Source: Geotalea uraniireducens Rf4
GTDB lineage: Bacteria; Desulfobacterota; Desulfuromonadia; Geobacterales; Geobacteraceae
Direction: 5' to 3'
Assembly (NCBI RefSeq): GCF_000016745.1
Contig: NC_009483.1
Span: 120,001-152,000, forward strand
DNA: 32,000 nucleotides
The position numbers and the translations under genes were made by a program. Shown in pieces: positions 16,135 through 24,042 of the stretch (positions within the stretch are counted from its first letter, which is position 1; each line of letters starts with the position of its first letter). The notes below the pieces were generated by a model, which was given only the letters and a program-made list of their open reading frames with translations, was not told where the DNA came from and did no database searches.

Positions 16135-16734
16135 ATGAAGATATCGGTCATCCTCGCTCACCCGGACGCGGAAAGCTTCAACCATGGCATAGCAGCCACA
16201 GCAGAAGCCGCTCTCAAGTCAAATGGTCATGAAGTCTTCTTTCATGACCTCTATGCGGAGGGGTTCGACCCGCTCCTTTCCGCCGCGGAAATCCCGAAGG
16301 GAGCCAAGCTTGATGCCTTGACCGCGCAGCACTGCGCCGAAATCGCGGCTGCGGACGGCATCGTCATCGTCCATCCCAACTGGTGGGGACAGCCGCCGGC
16401 GGTTCTGAAGGGATGGATCGACCGCGTCATCCGTCCCGGCGTTGCCTACGAATTCATTGAGGGGGACGGCGGTGAGGGGGTGCCGGCGGGGCTCCTCAAT
16501 GCCCGCGCCGTCCTCGTATTCAATACCTCCAACACGGCCGCGGCGCGCGAGCGGGAGGTGTTCGGCGATCCCCTCGACACTATCTGGAAAAACTGCATCT
16601 TCGGCCTCTGCGGCGTTACGAACGTCCAGCGCCGCATGTTCGGCATCGTGGTGACAAGTAGTCGTGAGGAGAGGGCAGGTTGGCTCCGGGAAGTGGCCGA
16701 GACTGTTGACGGGCATTTCCCGGCGTGCGTCTGA
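16135..16734 (+). CDS. NAD(P)H-dependent quinone oxidoreductase-like flavoprotein (Flavodoxin_2 / KefF-MdaB-like)
   Basis: MKISVILAHPDAESFNH..., HDLYAEGFDP, and IVIVHPNWWGQPPAVLKGWIDRV. Confidence 0.85.
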   Translation: MKISVILAHPDAESFNHGIAATAEAALKSNGHEVFFHDLYAEGFDPLLSAAEIPKGAKLDALTAQHCAEIAAADGIVIVHPNWWGQPPAVLKGWIDRVIRPGVAYEFIEGDGGEGVPAGLLNARAVLVFNTSNTAAAREREVFGDPLDTIWKNCIFGLCGVTNVQRRMFGIVVTSSREERAGWLREVAETVDGHFPACV

Positions 16735-16842
16735 CTGACAGGGCCGAAGATAGTTTCGGCAACCATCGAGGCGGTGAAATCGATGGCCTTAATTACTTTT
16801 TAATGATAGGATTGGCTTGGATTAACGATCAAGGGGAGCATA

Positions 16843-17520
16843 ATGCAGAAAATTTTATGGATTTTGGCCATACTGGCGATGACGATGAGCGGTTGCGGGG
16901 CCGAATGGTTCCCCGAGACGGTGCGGTCTCCAACCACTCCCGATGATTTCTTTTTCACCCCAGCCGTATTGTCCGGAGTGACACCAAAGTCGACGGCAAC
17001 ATCTAACGCCATAACCATTGCCGGTATTCAGAGCGGTTCTGCGCCGATCAGCGTTTCGGGTGATGCGAGCAGTCAATACAAGATTAGCGATGGCGCATTC
17101 ACCAAGGACGCGGGGACCGTGAACAACACGGACAAGGTCACTGTGCAGCACACCGCCGCAAGCGGGGTGGCCCAGACCATTACCACTACCCTGACCATTG
17201 GCGACAAGAGCGCTTCCTTTTCCAGCAAGACCGCCAATGTCGACAGCTTTAACTTCACAAAAACCGGCCCTGCGAACACATCCATTGTTTCCGAGCCAAT
17301 CACGTTGACCCTGGTACCCGGTACCTACAAAATAACCATCACAAACGGCACATATTCATTCGATAAGATCAGCTTTGTAGATACCGAGCAGACACGCTTC
17401 TTTAATAACAACCAGATCATATATATACAGAACGTTACCGCTAAGACTTCCGGCGGTGTCGTCACCACTGTAGTCACTATTGATGGGGTGGTGAGTTTTT
17501 TCAAAACTACTGCTGAGTAG
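16843..17520 (+). CDS. Lipoprotein of unknown function, Thr/Ser-rich and beta-rich
   Basis: GGGGAG RBS. Signal peptide with lipobox MSGC. No recognisable catalytic motif. Local GC content is lower than in neighbouring genes. Confidence 0.7.
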   Translation: MQKILWILAILAMTMSGCGAEWFPETVRSPTTPDDFFFTPAVLSGVTPKSTATSNAITIAGIQSGSAPISVSGDASSQYKISDGAFTKDAGTVNNTDKVTVQHTAASGVAQTITTTLTIGDKSASFSSKTANVDSFNFTKTGPANTSIVSEPITLTLVPGTYKITITNGTYSFDKISFVDTEQTRFFNNNQIIYIQNVTAKTSGGVVTTVVTIDGVVSFFKTTAE

Positions 17521-17541
17521 GGAAGGGAAATTGTGAGGCCG

Positions 17542-18300
17542 TTATTTCAACCAATACAGCAGCCCCTCTAATGATATGGCATACACCCGGTAGGGCTTTG
17601 GCCCGACGAAGGCTTGGCTGTTGATGAATATCGTCGGTGTTCCGTAAAAATTGGTGTTGGCAGCCTCGTTCAACTGCTTATTGACCAAATCTTCTGTCGC
17701 CGGATCATCGACGCATCGGTTGATCCCGGCGGAATCCAGGCCAAGGTCGGCAATCGCTTTTTGAGCAAAAGCCGCATCGTCCAAATTGGCTTTATCCGTT
17801 GCAAAAAGGGTGTCGTTCAACTTCCAATACTTTGCCTGGTCCTGCTGATAGACGCAGCGTCCAAGGCGGGTCATCAAATCCGTCTTTACTTTCACCGGGT
17901 AATTTACGAAAGTAAAGTCAGCCTTGCTCTTGTTGGCCAGATCCTTGATCATCGGATAAACTTTCCGGGTATAATCGCAGCCATAGCAGCCAATCATCAC
18001 GATCTTATCTTTGTCCCCCCTGTTGAGAACCGGAAATCCGCTCATGTCGACCCCTTTCGGGGTTAAATCGGTTATGGTCGTCGGCTTGAGTCTGCAGGTA
18101 GCTGAAACGGCGGAAACCTCATTATTTTGCCCCTTCGGATCGAATACACAAAAGGCGGTCTGGTTTAAACCGTTGCAGCTCCCGGTGATGTAGAACATAT
18201 ACACCCCGCGCACGGCCAACAGACTGCTGCCGATCATCAGAAGAAAAAAGACCCAGGATAAAATCTCTCCAATGTTATACTTGTCTGGAATCTTCATCAT
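17542..18300 (-). CDS. Membrane-anchored DsbA-family thiol:disulfide oxidoreductase
   Basis: N-terminal TM helix, thioredoxin-fold active site CYGC, a cis-Pro loop YGTPTIFIN, and extra Cys pairs in the N-terminal region. Confidence 0.8.
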   Translation of the reverse strand: MMKIPDKYNIGEILSWVFFLLMIGSSLLAVRGVYMFYITGSCNGLNQTAFCVFDPKGQNNEVSAVSATCRLKPTTITDLTPKGVDMSGFPVLNRGDKDKIVMIGCYGCDYTRKVYPMIKDLANKSKADFTFVNYPVKVKTDLMTRLGRCVYQQDQAKYWKLNDTLFATDKANLDDAAFAQKAIADLGLDSAGINRCVDDPATEDLVNKQLNEAANTNFYGTPTIFINSQAFVGPKPYRVYAISLEGLLYWLK

Positions 18301-18392
18301 GCGCTGAGATTATCTTTGGGGGAATTGTGTTTGAAAGAATTGATTTTTTCATTTACAATTTAATGAGAAATAGTTTCTAACCGATATCTGCT

Positions 18393-18611
18393 CAGCGTTG
18401 TCCGGTTTGGTTTGTGCATCAAGGTTGTTAAGCCCCATTAGGGGCGTTTGAATGTAGCCGGGGGATTCATCCCCCGGATGAGATGCTATATTTCCCCACG
18501 TCACGTACGTGACGTGATGATATTTTGCCTGGATGACCGGGGAATGAATTCCCCGGCTACCAGTATTCTGTCCCTACGGGACGTAAGCAAAAACCAAACC
18601 GGACAACGCTG
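18393..18611. mobile_element. MITE-like non-autonomous element (219 bp) with terminal inverted repeats and a 9-bp target-site duplication
   Basis: The left end is CAGCGTTGTCCGGTTTGGTTT; the right end is AAACCAAACCGGACAACGCTG. Direct ATATCTGCT flanks it on both sides (18384-18392 and 18612-18620). There is no ORF. The interior is a near-palindrome with four hairpins and a perfect 20-bp central palindrome CACGTCACGTACGTGACGTG (18497-18516). Confidence 0.8.
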
Positions 18612-18677
18612 ATATCTGCTAAATTTCTCCACCTGCGTTGATTGGGAAAAAGAAGATGATTAAATTGTCTCCATCGG

Positions 18678-18706
18678 GGAACAAATACAGTGGCGGGTCT
18701 GTCTCA
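18678..18706 (+). promoter_or_regulatory. ECF-type promoter in front of the sigma factor gene (probable autoregulation)
   Basis: GGAACAA-N16-GTCTCA has the same architecture as the site at 20497..20525. It resembles RpoE-type GGAACTT-N16-TCnAA promoters. Confidence 0.55.
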
Positions 18707-18710
18707 TCAT

Positions 18711-19319
18711 ATGAGTGACGACCGGGACGGCACCACCGATGAGGATGCCGCACTGGTGGCGTCATGGCGGAGCGGGGAGCTTTCCTCGTTCGAGGCGCTG
18801 GTGCGGAAACACCAGAAGCGGATGCTCAATATCGCCTTCCGGATCACGGGAGATTACGAGGATGCCTGCGAGGTGACGCAGGACGTCTTTGTTGCCGCGT
18901 TCCGGGGTATCGATTCCTTTCGCGGAGAGGCGCGTTTCTCCACCTGGCTGACGAGCATCGCCGTCAACCTGTCCCGGAACCGGCTCCAGCAGGTTCAGGC
19001 CAAGAGGCGAAACGAGGCGTATTCCCTGGACGGGCCATCGGTTGGGGAGGATTGTGATGTGGTTCCCGAGCGACCGTCGTCAGCCCCATCCGCCTTGGAA
19101 CGGCTGGAGCGGCTCGACCTGCATGAAAAGCTGCAAGGGTGCATCAAGGCACTTACCGCCGAGTTCCGGGAAGCGATAGTGCTCAGGGACCTGCAGGATT
19201 TTTCCTACGACGAGATGTGCGCCATCATCAAGGTCCGGGAAGGGACGGTCAAGTCCCGGCTGTTCCGGGCCCGGGAGATGGTGAAGGACTGCCTGAAACG
19301 GGCGGTGGGAGAGCTGTGA
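18711..19319 (+). CDS. ECF sigma factor (RpoE-like)
   Basis: Regions 2 and 4 are present (FEALVRKHQKRMLNIAFRITGDYEDACEVTQDVF...STWLTSIAVNL; LTAEFREAIVLRDLQDFSYDEMCAIIKVREGTVKSRLFRARE). The start is uncertain. The track's GTG at 18690 lies inside the predicted promoter. ATG at 18711 would be nearly leaderless. The in-frame GTG of ...AALVASW is another option. Confidence 0.85.
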   Translation: MSDDRDGTTDEDAALVASWRSGELSSFEALVRKHQKRMLNIAFRITGDYEDACEVTQDVFVAAFRGIDSFRGEARFSTWLTSIAVNLSRNRLQQVQAKRRNEAYSLDGPSVGEDCDVVPERPSSAPSALERLERLDLHEKLQGCIKALTAEFREAIVLRDLQDFSYDEMCAIIKVREGTVKSRLFRAREMVKDCLKRAVGEL

Positions 19320-20434
19320 TGGAGCATACCGAGATACGCCGCACCCTTTCGGCCTACCTGGACAATGCCGTCAGTCCCGACGAGAAGGCGGAGATCGAGG
19401 CGCACCTTGCCCGCTGCGGGAGCTGCCGCGTGGCGCTTGGCGACCTGGAGCGGACGGTCGGGCACCTGAAAAGCCTGCCCGAGGTGGAGCCCCCACCCTG
19501 GCTGACCGCACGGATCATGGCGCACGTGCGGGATGCTGCTGAGCCGCAGCCCAGCTTATGGCGGCGGATTTTCCTGCCGCTCCGTGCGAAGCTGCCGCTC
19601 GAAGCGCTCGCCCTCGTTTTCCTCTGTGTCACCGGCTATTACCTGGCCCGGACAAACGCCCCGCTGGTACAGCTGACGGCCCCCTCCCCCGTCAACCGGG
19701 AAGAAATGTCTCTCCCGGCGCCGGTGCCGCCAGCGCAGGGAAAGAAGCCCCCCGGGCCGGCGGCCCCTCCCAAAGCCCTTCCTCCGGTACCGCGCGCTGC
19801 AACCGGAATGCCGGATGCGGTGTCGAAGCACGAGGCGGAGACACCGGCCTATGCACCTCCTCCGCCGGCACACGCGCCTGCTCCCTTGTCAACTCCGTCG
19901 GCAGCGGCGCCGGCGACAGCTTACCCCTTGCCGGCACCAGATTCACGTGCTGCCGACGAATGGATTGAGTCGCGGAGGGAAGCGGAGTTATTGTCTCGCC
20001 GGTACCGTGAGGATGTTTCCAGAGGGATGATGCAGAAGAGGGCCATGTCGGACGGGACGCGGTATTCGACACAGTCATCCGGTGGTGGATCGTCGTCGGC
20101 AACTGCTCCCCGGGAACCCTGGTCGGAGCAGCAGGAGCCGTCGGAGCAAATGGAGCGCCCTGGGCAGGCGGCGCGGCCGGAGCGGGTAGAGGTGTCCCTC
20201 AGGGTAAACGATCCTGCCGGCGCTGTCAGGGCAATTGAGGAGGCGGTCACCCGCTCCGGCGGCAGGATCGTGCGCCGCGTCTACGGCGAGGCAAGCCATC
20301 TCCTCTTTGTGCAGGTTGGAACAGGGAAAGCGCCGGAACTCATGGGCCGGCTCGAACGGATCGGCACGCTGCAGAGGCCGCCGCTGGTAAGCGAGCTGGA
20401 GGATGGAACGGTCGATCTGTCCATCAGGTGGTAA
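19319..20434 (+). CDS. Membrane-spanning anti-sigma factor with an N-terminal zf-HC2 (ZAS-type) motif
   Basis: The ATG overlaps the sigma TGA stop (TGATG). The H-x3-C-x2-C motif is HLARCGSC. There is one TM helix (LEALALVFLCVTGYYLA), a Pro/Ala-rich linker and a ~90-aa C-terminal domain. The 431-aa track ORF starting at 19139 is an out-of-context extension. Confidence 0.85.
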   Translation: MEHTEIRRTLSAYLDNAVSPDEKAEIEAHLARCGSCRVALGDLERTVGHLKSLPEVEPPPWLTARIMAHVRDAAEPQPSLWRRIFLPLRAKLPLEALALVFLCVTGYYLARTNAPLVQLTAPSPVNREEMSLPAPVPPAQGKKPPGPAAPPKALPPVPRAATGMPDAVSKHEAETPAYAPPPPAHAPAPLSTPSAAAPATAYPLPAPDSRAADEWIESRREAELLSRRYREDVSRGMMQKRAMSDGTRYSTQSSGGGSSSATAPREPWSEQQEPSEQMERPGQAARPERVEVSLRVNDPAGAVRAIEEAVTRSGGRIVRRVYGEASHLLFVQVGTGKAPELMGRLERIGTLQRPPLVSELEDGTVDLSIRW

Positions 20435-20496
20435 AGCCGTGTTGTCATTCAAAAAATTTCAGCGTTACGTAAAAAATAATAAAATGCACTACTCCG

Positions 20497-20525
20497 GGAA
20501 CTTTTTCCCCGTCCCCCTTGTCTAA
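20497..20525 (+). promoter_or_regulatory. ECF-type promoter for the gene at 20569..21348
   Basis: GGAACTT-N16-GTCTAA. It is followed about 30 nt later by AAGGAGGG and the ATG at 20569. Confidence 0.6.
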
Positions 20526-20568
20526 CCATGCAAAGAGGCGAAATGCCGAAAGCGACAAGGAGGGACGC

Positions 20569-21348
20569 ATGAGAACAGTGGTGCTTTTAATGATTTTGCT
20601 GGGGGTTGCAGCCGGCGCATGGGCCGGCAGTGTTGGCGATGCAGTCGAGGTGCGGATCATATCCGACAACGGGAGCGAGCTTCCCTTCTACCCCGTGTCA
20701 GGACGATCGCTCAACCGGAAGGTGTATGCGGAGGCGATCAAGGGGGACCAGTACGGCATAGTGGTGCGCAACCGGCTGAACCGGCGGGTCGGCATCGTGG
20801 TGGCCGTGGACGGCAGGAACATCATCACGGGGAAGAAATCGTGGCTCAGGAACGACGAGCGGATGTACATCCTCGAACCGTACGCCGAGGGGGAGTTCAA
20901 GGGATGGCGCACCGGCGACGACCGGATCAACCGCTTTTACTTCACCACTGCCGCCGATTCCTATGCCGCGGCCTTCAATGATGCATCTGCCATGGGGGTG
21001 ATCGCCGTTGCCGTCTACCCCGAGGTGCAGCGCTACGACCCGCCGGTGGAAATATACCGGGGCGCCTCCAGGTCGCCTCTACCCGCACCGTCGGTGCAGA
21101 AAAAAGCCATGGCCTCCGACAGGAGCAGCGAAAGCGCCGGCACCGGCTACGGCCGGGAGGAATACTCCCCGGTGCGGACAGTGGCCTTCGAACCCGAGCG
21201 TGCGGCACTGGAAAAAATCTACGTCAAGTACGAATGGCGCGAAACCCTCTGCCGCAAGGGGATTGTCGCCTGCAGGAAGCGCCTGCCACGGCCGCATAAC
21301 CGCATGTGGGACGACGATGGCTACGCTGCACCGCCACCGAGGAGTTGA
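20569..21348 (+). CDS. Secreted protein of unknown function
   Basis: AAGGAGGG RBS and a signal peptide (MRTVVLLMILLGVAAGAWA-G). No family recognised. Basic, Pro-rich C-terminus. Confidence 0.75.
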   Translation: MRTVVLLMILLGVAAGAWAGSVGDAVEVRIISDNGSELPFYPVSGRSLNRKVYAEAIKGDQYGIVVRNRLNRRVGIVVAVDGRNIITGKKSWLRNDERMYILEPYAEGEFKGWRTGDDRINRFYFTTAADSYAAAFNDASAMGVIAVAVYPEVQRYDPPVEIYRGASRSPLPAPSVQKKAMASDRSSESAGTGYGREEYSPVRTVAFEPERAALEKIYVKYEWRETLCRKGIVACRKRLPRPHNRMWDDDGYAAPPPRS

Positions 21349-21410
21349 TGAGAGGACGCCCGTAGAACTTCACAACAACAACGACGCTAGTACACTGTAA
21401 CATCTGAATC

Positions 21411-21490
21411 TAACCCCCCTCAGTCCCCCCTTACCTAAGGGGGGAAGCCTTGAAGTCTCCCCTTAGATAAGGGGAGATTTAGAGGGGTTA
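21411..21490. repeat. Structured ~80-nt repeat, copy B
   Basis: Outer arms are TAACCCCCC...GGGGTTA. Hairpin 1 is CCCCCCTTA-cc-TAAGGGGGG (21425-21444). Hairpin 2 is TCTCCCCTTA-ga-TAAGGGGAGA (21456-21477). Confidence 0.8.
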
Positions 21491-21536
21491 TCCGCAAAAA
21501 TAAGTGTTACATGGTACTAGCAACAGGGAGGGACGA

Positions 21537-21914
21537 ATGAACGCATTAATACGGATTCAAAACTGGCTGGTTGTGACGATCACATGTCTGGCATTGGCGG
21601 GGCCGGCGTTTGGCCTCGATAGAACCGCTGCCCCTGATGTCAGCCCTGAAAAAGCCGATGGGGATTGCGCCAAGGATGAAATCAGCGTGAAGGGGACGGT
21701 CGAGCATGTAGAACTCGAAGGGGGTTTCTGGGGAATTATCGGGGATGACGGCAAGCGCTATGATGTCGTCAATCTGACGAAGGAATTCCAGAAACAGGGG
21801 CTCAGGGTCAAGTTTGTCGGGAGATTACGCCCCGGCCGGGTCTCTTTCCACATGTGGGGTGTTATTGTCGAGGTCATCTCGATTGAAAAACTTGGGGACA
21901 CGAAGAACAAATGA
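21537..21914 (+). CDS. Small secreted protein of unknown function
   Basis: GGGAGGG RBS 5 nt before the ATG at 21537. Signal peptide ending GPAFG. The beta-rich core reads VEHVELEGGFWGIIGDDGKRYDVVNL...VSFHMWGVIVEVISIE. Confidence 0.7.
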   Translation: MNALIRIQNWLVVTITCLALAGPAFGLDRTAAPDVSPEKADGDCAKDEISVKGTVEHVELEGGFWGIIGDDGKRYDVVNLTKEFQKQGLRVKFVGRLRPGRVSFHMWGVIVEVISIEKLGDTKNK

Positions 21915-21973
21915 GAGTAGCAGGGCTGAAACTGAAAATTATGCAATCAATCAGGATACCGGGGGACGAACGG

Positions 21974-22402
21974 ATGTCGAATCGAATAGTGATGTTTTTC
22001 TTGATAATGTGTGTGGCTGCCCTGGCATGCGGCAAGGTTCAGGTCGCCTGCGCCCAGTGGACGGGCCCGCCCATCATACCCCAGCAGCCGCGATTCCAGC
22101 CGCCGCAACCACAGCAGATACAGACCCTGCCGAATAATTACCTGCAACCGGCGCTGAAGGACCTTCCGTCGGCACCCCAAGTTGTTAACGGGAACTCCGG
22201 GACCGCCGGCGGGAGCGATAATCCGGCGGTCGAGCCGGCCAGGACAGAACCCCGCCCGACGTCGGCCCCTGTCAAAGAACCGGTTCCGCCACCTGTCGAA
22301 AAACCGGTCTCGGCGCCCGAGCCGTCGAATTCGAAAACGCCCTGGCTTCTCGCCGCCGGGGTGGTGGTCGCAGCCTTTCTCATCGGACGCCGAACGCGGT
22401 AG
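21974..22402 (+). CDS. Pro-rich secreted protein with a C-terminal TM anchor and a basic tail
   Basis: Signal peptide MSNRIVMFFLIMCVAALACGKVQVACA-Q. An alternative ATG at 21911 overlaps the upstream stop (ATGA). The C-terminus reads APEPSNSKTPWLLAAGVVVAAFLIGRRTR. Confidence 0.6.
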   Translation: MSNRIVMFFLIMCVAALACGKVQVACAQWTGPPIIPQQPRFQPPQPQQIQTLPNNYLQPALKDLPSAPQVVNGNSGTAGGSDNPAVEPARTEPRPTSAPVKEPVPPPVEKPVSAPEPSNSKTPWLLAAGVVVAAFLIGRRTR

Positions 22403-22484
22403 TGCAGAACCGTCATGACAAAAATAGCTGCGTTGGGAGAATCAGGAGAAATCGGACGAATTTTTTGGAAAGGAGACTGTTTAA

Positions 22485-22940
22485 ATGACGAGAGCTATCC
22501 GGCGTCTTATCTTGGCATTACCGTTATATCTGCTAGTTGCGTCAGGCGCCGCTGCGGGTGAGCTTGAGGATGAGCTCATTAAAACGGCTGAGGGGGGCCA
22601 AGCGGATGTTGTGCGGGTCGCGATGGAAAAAGGTGCGGACGTAAATGCCCAGGACATTTTCGGCCTTACGGCATTGATGCGGGCCGCCATGCATGGCCAC
22701 ACGGACATTGTGCGTACCTTGCTTGAAAAGGGTGCGGATGTAAATGCGAAAAACTTTGTGGATACGACGGCCTTGATGCATGCGGCCGGAAGCGGCCACA
22801 CGGATATTGTGCGTGTCTTGCTTGACAAAGGCGCGGATGTAAATGCAACGAACGCTATCGGCATGACGGCGTTGAGCATTGCAGATGAAAACGGCAAAGA
22901 CGATATTGTGCATATTCTTAAAGGAGCGGGGGCAAAATAG
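22485..22940 (+). CDS. Secreted ankyrin-repeat protein (about 4 repeats)
   Basis: AAGGAGA RBS and a signal peptide. Repeats read GADVNAxxxxGxTALMxAAxxGHTDIVRxLLxKGADVNA, with an exact 99-nt period at the DNA level. Confidence 0.9.
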   Translation: MTRAIRRLILALPLYLLVASGAAAGELEDELIKTAEGGQADVVRVAMEKGADVNAQDIFGLTALMRAAMHGHTDIVRTLLEKGADVNAKNFVDTTALMHAAGSGHTDIVRVLLDKGADVNATNAIGMTALSIADENGKDDIVHILKGAGAK

Positions 22941-23067
22941 TCCGCAAGAGTTACACGCCCCTGGCCTTGGCTGGCGGATTGTTCTTGCGGTCGATTCCCC
23001 GGCTCCTCTGACCGGCATGATGTATCCGTTTGCATTTACAGAATAGAGAAAAGAAAGGAACCGAGCA

Positions 23068-23916
23068 ATGAGAGCAATATTCCTGATCTGCCTGGTAATT
23101 GTCGCGATCTCGTCCTCCCCATGCATGGGGGGAACCGTCCTGGGAAATTCCACTGCCTCCCTTGCGGGAACCAACCCATCCCCGCTGTCCCCGTCTGTTC
23201 CATCGAAGATCACCCGGGTTGGCATGCTTTGCCCCACCGAAAATGAAGCGGCCAGGCAACAGTACAACAATGCCCTGGAACTGCAACAGGAAGGGAGGCT
23301 TCGCGATGCAAGGGAAGCATACCAGAAGGCTGTCGAGCAAGATTCCCGGTACTGCGATGCAATGGACAACCTGGGGCAGATGCTGCGGACGGAAGGTGAT
23401 GTAAAACAGGCGATCTACTGGTACGAACGCTCACTTGCGGTAAAGCCTGACAACGCCGTTGCCCACCAGAATCTCGCTGTCGCGTATAATGTTCAGGGCG
23501 ACCAGAACAAGTCACAGTCGGAATATCTGTGGCTCATAAAAAATGACTCCACTAACCCGGAAGGCTACTACGGGCTGGGTGCGATCCTCCTCGGTTCCGG
23601 GCAGACGGATGCAGCAATTGAAAAACTGGCGCTTGCCGAAAAGATCTATCGGGAAAATGGTTCGTCATTGGCCATGGATGCCCAGTATCTGCTGGGAGTA
23701 GCCTATTTCAACAAGCAGGATTACAAGAGGTCCCGGGAATATCTGGCGCTTTCCTATGCCCAAAAGCAAGATGACCCGAATGTCAATTATCTCCTCGGTC
23801 TTTGTTACCTCGACCCGTCGACAGGGGATAAAAAACAAGCCTCTGAATTTTTACTGAAAGCCGGGAAGTTGGGCGTACAGGTCCCGCCGGACGTATTGCA
23901 GCAGTTGGGCAAGTGA
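23068..23916 (+). CDS. Secreted TPR-repeat protein
   Basis: Signal peptide, then several 34-aa TPR units (e.g. AREAYQKAVEQDSRYCDAMDNLGQMLRTEGDVKQAIYWYERSLAVKPDNAVAHQNLAVAY). Confidence 0.88.
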   Translation: MRAIFLICLVIVAISSSPCMGGTVLGNSTASLAGTNPSPLSPSVPSKITRVGMLCPTENEAARQQYNNALELQQEGRLRDAREAYQKAVEQDSRYCDAMDNLGQMLRTEGDVKQAIYWYERSLAVKPDNAVAHQNLAVAYNVQGDQNKSQSEYLWLIKNDSTNPEGYYGLGAILLGSGQTDAAIEKLALAEKIYRENGSSLAMDAQYLLGVAYFNKQDYKRSREYLALSYAQKQDDPNVNYLLGLCYLDPSTGDKKQASEFLLKAGKLGVQVPPDVLQQLGK

Positions 23917-23949
23917 CCTTCTCATTCGAAGGTATGAGGGGATAAAGAC

Positions 23950-23969
23950 GGGGAGGGGATGCCCTCCCC
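23950..23969. terminator. GC-rich hairpin, probably the original bidirectional terminator of the convergent genes now separated by the IS insertions
   Basis: GGGGAGGG-gatg-CCCTCCCC. On the minus strand it is followed by GTCTTTATC. Confidence 0.45.
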
Positions 23970-24042
23970 GCCTCAAGAGGGTGTAAAAAGGTTTGTGTAA
24001 ATGGTCATTAGGGGGTACACCAAGTTACCCTAAGGAGATCAC

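Noticed and set aside
19139-19318. Upstream extension of the anti-sigma ORF (431-aa version)
   Set aside because: The extension overlaps sigma region 4 in another frame. The ATG at 19319 overlaps the sigma stop and immediately precedes the zf-HC2 motif.
22315-22402. PEP-CTERM-like tail (APEPS...TM helix...GRRTR)
   Set aside because: Six polar residues separate the PEP from the hydrophobic helix, unlike canonical PEP-CTERM signals. No exosortase gene is in the window. This may be coincidence in a Pro-rich protein.
22542-23369. 275-aa minus-strand ORF across the ankyrin and TPR genes
   Set aside because: It crosses an intergenic region and two well-supported plus-strand genes. It is a shadow ORF.
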